Below are positions 9,401 through 15,023 of a DNA stretch of 15,023 bases, one piece after another; the stretch's first letter is position 1, and every line of letters starts with the position of its first letter. The position numbers were made by a program, and so were the translations under genes. Under the pieces are notes generated by a model that made no database searches, was not told the DNA's origin, and saw only the letters and a program-made list of their open reading frames with translations. The stretch comes from an uncultured bacterium (GTDB lineage Bacteria > Hydrogenedentota > Hydrogenedentia > Hydrogenedentales > JAEUWI01), in assembly GCA_963977445.1 (NCBI GenBank), contig CAXBPH010000170.1:1-15023 (forward strand). The letters are read 5' to 3'.

Positions 9401-9756
9401 GGGTTGTGGTTCAGCAGTGATAAATTTGATGAGTCATGGTCGCTTGCCGAGCTCCAATACGTGCTGGATTATGCTCACCCTTCCCAACCAGAGCATTGGG
9501 TAATCGAACGGCTTGCCACATTGTCCCAAGAATTTCCTGCCGAGTCGCTCGGCTGTTTGAGCAGTATGTATGACCACGTGGAATTTCCGGCGTATCTCGA
9601 ACACTGGTGGGAGCACGTGGTTGCCGTACTGCGGGCTGCAATTTGCGCAGAGGACCAGGATACGAACGCCGCAGCGATTCAACTTGCCAATATTATCGGG
9701 GCGAAGGGTGTCAGCTCAGAACATCTCGACGAACTGCGCAGGCTCGTGAAGCCGCA
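6411..9756. mobile_element. Horizontally acquired islet inserted at the transketolase 3' end; no mobility gene
   Basis: Bounded by 145 bp direct repeats. Visibly lower GC and loss of the host C-ending codon bias (frequent TTA, ATA, AGA, CGA). Confidence 0.8.
6493..8316 (+). CDS. Hypothetical protein, N-terminal part: HEPN-like domain followed by an alpha-helical region
   Basis: 607 aa ORF from ATG 6493 (or 6496) after AAGGGGA. HLFREIE and LNTLAHR motifs, then Leu/Trp-rich helical sequence. Function is inferred only. Confidence 0.7.
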   Translation: MMILGFTPRQNRILKRLELVGPGSKAFFQDYVRIRACSENLESTTHIIGHLFREIESAVRDVILPISPPCEKKKNGDESHKLEIASCLNGLEIDLNDPICSMWYSFTGRDGCALNTLAHRNGLYLSKIGQQESSFQWDNFEEVMDVVLSKYESKYLTIISQLDELLQKPTPGNIDAKKLVGKIPQHPTILRYFLERVQNPAWLDLLDTQGFFANPPSKRLAPSGDYFELPSWSASNFLIRMAPLAPTSVARVIASIEGVDNRNICMDLVNAVLLLPAAERKEVGNSLTTWISKCDHIAIHDDYAELIAKFLNIGEIQKALDLIEQLLSVRVSNISDTPEYRFEEWSLEHFLKKVVPDLGRTGDIRALDLFARLLNESFTVSGERGSRWQFFNTSSLPAIEEHEQNQEYIGHQCYLVFAIRDIALALATSHWNDVIACIRRYDDRIFMRIELYLRARFPKKDLRGTAELLFQEEILRKSEFHHELFHLLKACFGDLSDLAQDYYLRFVGDEARLAEIRERRGAIKDENWPRIKKQLIYGGLIPIADYLVGEWKTRYEAYLAEFGEKPHPDFEVYMEGGRLINRMPTRPLEEFTACSAEAFANRIRSRS

Positions 9757-9760
9757 GTGA
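8288..9760 (+). CDS. Hypothetical protein, probable C-terminal continuation of 6493-8316 in the +1 frame
   Basis: 490 aa ORF overlapping the previous one by 29 nt. Poor TTG start. Same helical, Trp-rich character (INTVRGEAMHTVVDYALW). The stop codon lies inside repeat copy 2. Confidence 0.7.
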   Translation: MRIEFEADPESSTDSKSELANTLRDLVATRTAEFAAGAPYFSGLPIMYTRSFLGSIRDYLETQRPLEPNAWCSVLKLCSFEVKQYRNVVEDKRNYRETYMHLRTIISILQSGFKQDETHLPVEERDLAWEVFRPLTNHPDPKADEEEADEDRATSSINTVRGEAMHTVVDYALWVKRNLDSDFKGMATVPEVREVLEKRLTEDASLTICAVYGKWYPWLEAIDPDWATEWKAQIFPESIEKRRCVAWETYVTFCPPYNGIFETLKGDYAWAVAKIGTWPERQRSMGHPDESLLEHLFAYYWRDRLPLDDPDISLREAYAKASEEHKVAALRFVGRSIKEWIFVGDETLDRLKTLWVDVVKPDGEQKTLETFGLWFSSDKFDESWSLAELQYVLDYAHPSQPEHWVIERLATLSQEFPAESLGCLSSMYDHVEFPAYLEHWWEHVVAVLRAAICAEDQDTNAAAIQLANIIGAKGVSSEHLDELRRLVKPQ

Positions 9761-9901
9761 AGGCGGCATCGCCGAACACGTGCCCCACCAGGGCCTCGAC
9801 CCCGACAGCATCCTTGCAAAGATCAAAACGCTGGCTGGCTAAGCCCACCGCGATAGCTTAAGACCCACGACGGCCCCGGAGGTTTACACCGGGGCCGTTT
9901 T
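9757..9901 (+). repeat. Direct repeat copy 2 (displaced transketolase 3' fragment plus terminator)
   Basis: 9759-9842 encodes EGGIAEHVPHQGLDPDSILAKIKTLAG-stop, identical in amino acids to the transketolase C-terminus. Confidence 0.97.
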
Positions 9902-9904
9902 TTT
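9870..9904 (+). terminator. Intrinsic terminator (second copy)
   Basis: Perfect 10 bp stem ACGGCCCCGG/CCGGGGCCGT running into T7. Confidence 0.88.
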
Positions 9905-10066
9905 GTGTTATGGGACGAGTGGGACGGCCGCGAAGTCCTGTGTCGTGGACGCAACGGGGTATGCTCAATTGGGGCTACTTCAACCATCGGTCGCACCTTC
10001 CTGTTTGGTATGTTTTTTGTCTTGCGCAGAAGCATATTTCCAACATACTGGCGATCTACGTGCATA

Positions 10067-10103
10067 TGATTGCATTGACAGCGATGCGATCAACGATTAC
10101 GCT
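10067..10103 (+). promoter_or_regulatory. Sigma70 promoter with overlapping inverted-repeat operator
   Basis: TTGACA (10075-10080), 17 bp spacer, TACGCT (10098-10103). The -35 is flanked by TGATTGCA (10067-10074) and TGCGATCA (10085-10092). Confidence 0.75.
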
Positions 10104-10124
10104 ATAGGTAAAGGAGCTTTCGCC

Positions 10125-10331
10125 ATGGCTAATATCACTATTCGAAATTTGCCCGATGACACGATAAAAATTCTCTGGGCTCGCGCTGCGGAACACGGGA
10201 TGTCGCTGGAGGGATATGTCCTGGAACTATTGCAGCAGGAGTCCGCACGGGAATCCGTCCCCGCAGTATCGATAGCGGATTTGGCTCGCAGGATTTTCGG
10301 CCCCGAGCACGGCATAGAACTGCGCCCGTAG
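10125..10331 (+). CDS. FitA-like ribbon-helix-helix antitoxin / plasmid-stability protein (orphan, possibly C-terminally truncated)
   Basis: MANITIRNLPDDTIKILWARAAEHGMSLEGYVLELL matches the FitA/Arc RHH pattern. AAGGAG RBS at 10111. 68 aa. Confidence 0.85.
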   Translation: MANITIRNLPDDTIKILWARAAEHGMSLEGYVLELLQQESARESVPAVSIADLARRIFGPEHGIELRP

Positions 10332-10468
10332 ATAGTAAATAGCAGGAGTCTTTCGGGAGTAACTCGGGGCGCTCCCCGGGGACTGCAACGACGTGGCAAC
10401 TTTTACCCAGCGCTGCAAACCCCGTGGTTGGCCTACGATGGCACTTCAGGGAAGCACGCGAAGAACGT

Positions 10469-10515
10469 CGGGGCCGTCCCCCTGAGTGTGATTTCCCTCG
10501 GGGGGGACGGCCCCG
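10469..10515. repeat. Strong GC-rich inverted repeat
   Basis: CGGGGCCGTCCCCCTGAG ... CTCGGGGGGGACGGCCCCG, with no T tract on either side. Confidence 0.7.
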
Positions 10516-10698
10516 GCGGTTACCATCGTTATTTCATACAAGACAACGCCTGTTGACCACGTGGTTCACCAGGCCACAGCAACATCACTCGGCCGGTGCA
10601 GTCCCCGGGGTTCCTTCTTCGCGTTCTTGCTTGTAGGCCGTGTTGTCGTTAAGCTGCTACAGCTACGGTGCCGCTTCGGCGCTGTATCAGGGGCCGCT

Positions 10699-12597
10699 AT
10701 GAATCCAACGCACAACGACTATGGAACCGACCTGGCCTCGTTGCGAGAGCCAACGGGGCCGCCACCTATTCCGCTGCGGGAAGCGGAGGGGCGGAGTCTG
10801 GCCGATTGGGCGGTGGATGCCCTCATTCCCCTCATGATTTTCTGCATGATGCTTTCTGTCACGTGGTTCTTGCTGGATATCCGCTTTGTCTACACCGAAC
10901 GGCTGGACCTCAATTATCGGGCCTTTGCCTTTTTCTTTGTGATGGGCATTGTGGCGCTCAACCGATTACGGGCGGAGCGGGGCCTGGCCGATTCGGCGGT
11001 TTATATGGTGGGCCTGGTTTTTGCCGTGGGCGTCTTTACGCTCGTCTCCCAATCCCGGGGCGGTGGCGTGGCGGGTGGCTATCTCGGCGGTGTCGTTCTA
11101 TCTTTGTGTTTTAATCTTGCCGTGGTGGTGGTGTTATGGCGGGTGACGGATCGACTCACACGGGATTGTTGTGTGGATGCGAGTAGCCGCTATGGTGAAG
11201 AAGGCATCCTGCGCAGTCGTTGGACCTGGCGAAGGTCGCTTGCGGTGGAAGTGGCTGACACCGCAGTGCCGTCGGACGATGGAGCGACCGGGGCGAAGCG
11301 GCCACCCCGAAAACATCCGGCCAGTTCGCTCTTTTATCTGGCCCTGCCGATTCTGGCTATCCTCGCCGCCGGGCAGCGGATACTCCCTCAGGGCGGCACC
11401 TTTCTGGAGTCTGCGGGCAGTGTCTACGTGGGCACCTATACGGCGTCCATGCTCATGCTGTTGCTCCTTTCCAGCTACCGAGGGTTACGGGTCTATTGCC
11501 AGCGTCGGGAAATTAATTTCCCCACGAGTATCGCGGCCTTCTGGCTCGGGTTGGGCACCGTGATGGTGGCGCTGGTCTTTGTCCTGGGCTTGTGGGGGCC
11601 TGTCCCAGTGACGGCCCCACCTGGCGGGAAGGTGGCCCGCACCTATGACAGCACCGGGCGAACCCTGTCTGATCGCCGGGATTACCACGAACATGAACGG
11701 GAAGGCGAGTCTGGCAGTCAACGTGCTTCGCGTGAAGCCAACCCGGACGGGAACGGAAATGATGGCGCGGGACCGGGTGACGAATCGGGTGGCACGGAAA
11801 GCGGCGGGGACCAGGGGACCGAAGGTGGGGGCGAGGCCGGTGGTGAGGAACGGGACGGCGTCCAAAGTTCGGAAGACGGTAGCCAGACCAACAATGACGA
11901 AGGGGCCGGGGACACGGAGCGTCAAGGGGCTGGCACCGAGGAATCCTCTACGTCTCCCCGTGAGGATGCTGTGCGCTCCGGCACCGAAGACGGGTCGGGC
12001 GCTTCCGCTAAATCGGCTTCAACACCCCGGGCGGAAGTGCCCATGAATGCCTTGATGGAGAGTTTTCCCGGTTTGAAGTGGCTCGGCTATGGGGCCCTGG
12101 CGCTCGTGGGCCTCTTTGTGTTGTATATGCTGCTCCAGGCCGCGGCCCACTTCTTCGGGCAGGCCTCCCGCCGTCCTTCCCGCTTTGCGCGGTGGTTTGA
12201 ACGGCTCTCCCGGCTCTTTCGTCGGCTGACCTATGTGCCCAAGCGCAAACCCCGTCGTGCCCGGGTGAAAATCGACCGGGACATCGCCACCTGCGCCCAT
12301 TTTCAGAATCCCCTCGATGGTCCCCTGCCCCTGCGGGAAAAAATCCAATACAGCTATGATGCCCTCTGTGCCCTGGCCTATGATCTGGGTGTGCCACGGG
12401 AAGAGGACCAGACACCCTTTGAATTTCTGGCCCAGCTGCCCGAGCCCATCGCGGCTATTCGGAATGAGGCCCATGTGCTCACCCACCTCTATGTGGCGGG
12501 GAGTTATTCCGCCCTCAACGTGCCCGAATCGGTCCTCGATGATCTACGGGCATTCTGGAAGCGTTTTGAGCGAATGCGTTCTAAGATCGTGCGCTGA
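10699..12597 (+). CDS. Multi-pass membrane protein with acidic low-complexity linker and C-terminal DUF4129-like domain
   Basis: About 8 hydrophobic segments, a G/E/S/D-rich linker, one more TM segment, then YSYDALCALAYDLGVPREEDQTPFEFL...LTHLYVAGSY (DUF4129-type RxxxxTPxEF pattern). Start uncertain. Confidence 0.72.
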   Translation: MNPTHNDYGTDLASLREPTGPPPIPLREAEGRSLADWAVDALIPLMIFCMMLSVTWFLLDIRFVYTERLDLNYRAFAFFFVMGIVALNRLRAERGLADSAVYMVGLVFAVGVFTLVSQSRGGGVAGGYLGGVVLSLCFNLAVVVVLWRVTDRLTRDCCVDASSRYGEEGILRSRWTWRRSLAVEVADTAVPSDDGATGAKRPPRKHPASSLFYLALPILAILAAGQRILPQGGTFLESAGSVYVGTYTASMLMLLLLSSYRGLRVYCQRREINFPTSIAAFWLGLGTVMVALVFVLGLWGPVPVTAPPGGKVARTYDSTGRTLSDRRDYHEHEREGESGSQRASREANPDGNGNDGAGPGDESGGTESGGDQGTEGGGEAGGEERDGVQSSEDGSQTNNDEGAGDTERQGAGTEESSTSPREDAVRSGTEDGSGASAKSASTPRAEVPMNALMESFPGLKWLGYGALALVGLFVLYMLLQAAAHFFGQASRRPSRFARWFERLSRLFRRLTYVPKRKPRRARVKIDRDIATCAHFQNPLDGPLPLREKIQYSYDALCALAYDLGVPREEDQTPFEFLAQLPEPIAAIRNEAHVLTHLYVAGSYSALNVPESVLDDLRAFWKRFERMRSKIVR

Positions 12598-12743
12598 TGT
12601 ATAGTATGGGTGAATAAATATGGCGACATTGCGTCTATAACCGTAGTGTCGCAATTGCTCCAGACACCGTGTATCTGGAATACTGCTTTCCGCAGGCCAT
12701 GGGTCTGCTTGAAGAGCGATTTTCTCGATTGATGAAGGGAAGT

Positions 12744-13346
12744 ATGATGACGATGACAAAACGATGGATGACCGGCATGATGGCCTGTGGTCTCCTGCTT
12801 ACGATGGCCGGCTGCCAGACCTATGGCGAAGCGGGCGGATTGGGTGCGGTATTGGGCGGTACGGCGGGTGCGATTATTGGCCACCAGTCGGGCAATGCCC
12901 TCGAAGGTGCGGCCATTGGCGCGGCGCTCGGTGGTATTACCGGCCTCATCGTTCACGATATCAAGGCGCAGAAAGCCAAAGAACGTCAGGCGACGGTCGA
13001 TTATTACAATTACCAGCCAAGCCAGGGTGAAGTGCTTTCTCTGGAAGAGAGCTATGTGGGCCCCAACGTGACCCGCGCCGGTGCCATGATTGAGGCGACC
13101 CTGCAATACGCCATCATCGGCACGGGCGGCAACACCCAGGTCAAAGAGACCCGTCGGCTCCTTCGGGGAGAAAAGGTGGTCGCGGAGCTTTCCTCCAAGA
13201 CCTTCAACCGCTCCGACGGCACGTGGGTGACCAGCCAGCAGTTCAAGCTGCCCTCGAACCTCAAGCCCGGTCAGTATTCGCTGATTCAGAAAGTGGAAAC
13301 GAACAAATCCACTATCTTCGGCACGGCAGATTTTACCGTACAATAG
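12744..13346 (+). CDS. Glycine-zipper lipoprotein with beta-rich C-terminal domain
   Basis: Lipobox LLLTMAG-C followed by GGLGAVLGGTAGAIIG...GAAIGAALGGITG. AAGGGA RBS. Start at 12744 or 12747. Confidence 0.82.
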   Translation: MMTMTKRWMTGMMACGLLLTMAGCQTYGEAGGLGAVLGGTAGAIIGHQSGNALEGAAIGAALGGITGLIVHDIKAQKAKERQATVDYYNYQPSQGEVLSLEESYVGPNVTRAGAMIEATLQYAIIGTGGNTQVKETRRLLRGEKVVAELSSKTFNRSDGTWVTSQQFKLPSNLKPGQYSLIQKVETNKSTIFGTADFTVQ

Positions 13347-13368
13347 AATTTGCGACGACGACACATGG

Positions 13369-13405
13369 AACCGGGTCTTTCCTTAGCGGGGAAGGCCCGG
13401 TTTTT
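13369..13405 (+). terminator. Intrinsic terminator
   Basis: AACCGGGTCTTTCC...GGGAAGGCCCGGTT hairpin followed by a T run, just after the stop at 13346. Confidence 0.8.
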
Positions 13406-13528
13406 CGTTGATGGGGCAGGCCGTGGTCCCTCATGGATGTCTCTAATTGACACCGTGGTCCCGGGTGGGTGGTCTATGCCTTACGGGGGATTCACCACAG
13501 ACAACCCACGTTGCAGGAGAATGGATTC

Positions 13529-14818
13529 ATGAGAATTGCGGTCGCGTTGCTATTTGGTGTCCTTATATCCGGTGTCTGTCATGCCGATTTGATGGCGGGC
13601 ACGGCCCGGGCAAGCATAACGCCCCTGGAGGCCGACATTCCGACCCAGTTGGGGGGTTACGGCGAGCGCAACGGCGTTCCGGCCACGGGGATTCACGATA
13701 CCATCTGGGCCAAAGTGGTGGTGTTGCAATCGGGGGACGCGCTCGCTGCCCTGGTGGGCCTGGATATCTGCACCACGCCCCGTTCGCTCGTGGAGGCCAC
13801 CCTGGAGAAAGCCGCAATTCCAGGCCTTACCTACGACAACGTCATCATGAGTGCCAGCCATGACCACGCGGGCCTCGAAGGCATGTCCATGGATCGCAAC
13901 AACGTCCTGGGCAATCCCCACATTGGGCTCTTCAGTGAAGACGTCTTGAATTTCGTTTCTGACCGGGTGGCCCTCGCGCTGAAAGAGGCCTTTGGACGCC
14001 TTGAGCCCGTGACGGCAGGCACCGCTGTAGCACCCCTGCGCGGTATGAACCGGAACCGTCGTCATGAAGGGGCCCCCACCGATGAAGACATGACCATCGT
14101 GCGCCTGGACCGGGCGAACGGCACGCCCCTCGCCCTCTTGGTGAACTATACGGCCCACGGCACCATCATGACCGAAGAGATAATGGAAATATCCGGGGGC
14201 TGGGCCGGGGTCATGCAGCGCACGGTAGAAGATTTGGTGGGCGGCGACGTGCTGTGCCTCTATACCAACGGTTCCGAAGGAGACGTGGCACCCCGGGGCT
14301 ATACGGGAGGCAGTCGCTTCGAAATGGCCGAGCAATATGGTCGGCGGGTGGCCATGGCGGCCAGCAAGCTCGCCGAGGCCATCCACACCGGTCCCGTGAC
14401 GGATTTTGCGGTGAAAACCCATTGGGTATCGTTGCCCGAGAAAAAACCGGCCCCGGATTTTCTGAAAATCGCGGGCGATGAATACCAGGTAACCGAAGAG
14501 CAGCTGGCTGTGGCGTTGCAGGTGTTGTTTCCCAGCGAAACACCCCTCTACGGCCTGCGCATCAACGATTTTCACATGATCACCATTCCCGGCGAGCCCA
14601 TTACCGCCATTGGCCTGGCCATCAAGCAGGCCTTACGGGAGGGCGGCAGCAGCCATCCGATTATCGCGGCCTGCACCAACGATCACATTGGCTATATCCT
14701 GACCAAAGAGGAATATCACCTCAGTGGCTATGAAGTCACCGCCTCGTTTTATGGCGATGGCTTGGGGGACTTGTTTGTGCGGGAGGGCTCGGCCTTTGCG
14801 GCCGAGTTGACGAAGTAG
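13529..14818 (+). CDS. Secreted neutral/alkaline ceramidase-like metallohydrolase
   Basis: Signal peptide, then GTARASITP, GIHDTIWAK, SASHDHAG (cf. SATHTHSG), NYTAHGT, GSEGDVAP, IPGEP, NDHIGY and GYE. AGGAGA RBS before ATG 13529. Confidence 0.85.
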   Translation: MRIAVALLFGVLISGVCHADLMAGTARASITPLEADIPTQLGGYGERNGVPATGIHDTIWAKVVVLQSGDALAALVGLDICTTPRSLVEATLEKAAIPGLTYDNVIMSASHDHAGLEGMSMDRNNVLGNPHIGLFSEDVLNFVSDRVALALKEAFGRLEPVTAGTAVAPLRGMNRNRRHEGAPTDEDMTIVRLDRANGTPLALLVNYTAHGTIMTEEIMEISGGWAGVMQRTVEDLVGGDVLCLYTNGSEGDVAPRGYTGGSRFEMAEQYGRRVAMAASKLAEAIHTGPVTDFAVKTHWVSLPEKKPAPDFLKIAGDEYQVTEEQLAVALQVLFPSETPLYGLRINDFHMITIPGEPITAIGLAIKQALREGGSSHPIIAACTNDHIGYILTKEEYHLSGYEVTASFYGDGLGDLFVREGSAFAAELTK

Positions 14819-15023
14819 AGGGGCGTTCTGTCTGCGCCACAGCCGGTAATGGTGCCACCCGATCCGGTACTCCGGTCGAAGATCCGCCGCAGGAGGATTC
14901 GGGTGTCTTGAGCCGGGATGGACTGGGTCTATCCTGAATATACGGGGCAGAAGCCTTGTTCAAGTCTTCTAGGAGTCTGACTCCGAATCCACGCGGATGC
15001 ACGTTTGGCCCCAGTGCGCCGGA

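Noticed and set aside
9607..9861. 84 aa ORF crossing the right junction
   Set aside because: An out-of-frame reading of the cargo end and the duplicated transketolase fragment.
6266..9901. Repeat pair as a diversity-generating retroelement TR/VR
   Set aside because: Mismatches are synonymous and not adenine-specific, and no reverse transcriptase is present in the window.
9903..10124. N-terminal extension of the RHH ORF to 142 aa
   Set aside because: The promoter, operator and RBS lie inside it, so the real start is ATG 10125.
12504..13364. 286 aa antisense ORF
   Set aside because: Opposite a well-supported lipoprotein gene that has an RBS, lipobox and terminator.
13550..14575. 341 aa antisense ORF
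   Set aside because: Shadow of the ceramidase-like gene in GC-rich DNA.
14819..15023. Right-edge sequence and ORF 14736-15002 on the minus strand
   Set aside because: No motif or clear terminator, and context is cut off by the window edge.
1..15023. CRISPR array, tRNA, rRNA, integrase or transposase
   Set aside because: No regularly spaced repeats, RNA gene signatures or recombinase motifs were seen.

Overview
GC-rich bacterial chromosomal segment. The backbone carries a secreted FG-GAP/VCBS repeat protein, an HU-family protein, a degenerate metallophosphoesterase-fold protein, a coupled acyltransferase-HAD hydrolase pair, a divergent transketolase, a DUF4129-like membrane protein, a glycine-zipper lipoprotein and a neutral ceramidase-like hydrolase. 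The main anomaly is a ~3.35 kb lower-GC insert (6411-9756) between two copies of a 145 bp direct repeat (6266-6410 and 9757-9901). The repeat holds the last 27 codons of the transketolase plus its terminator, and the two copies differ only synonymously in the coding part. The insert has no integrase or transposase. It encodes two overlapping ORFs (607 and 490 aa), probably one ~1,090 aa protein split by a frameshift, with a HEPN-like N-terminus and a long helical region, making it a candidate anti-phage gene. An orphan FitA-like ribbon-helix-helix antitoxin with an intact promoter and operator follows the insert. Family assignments come from motif recognition only; no searches were run.
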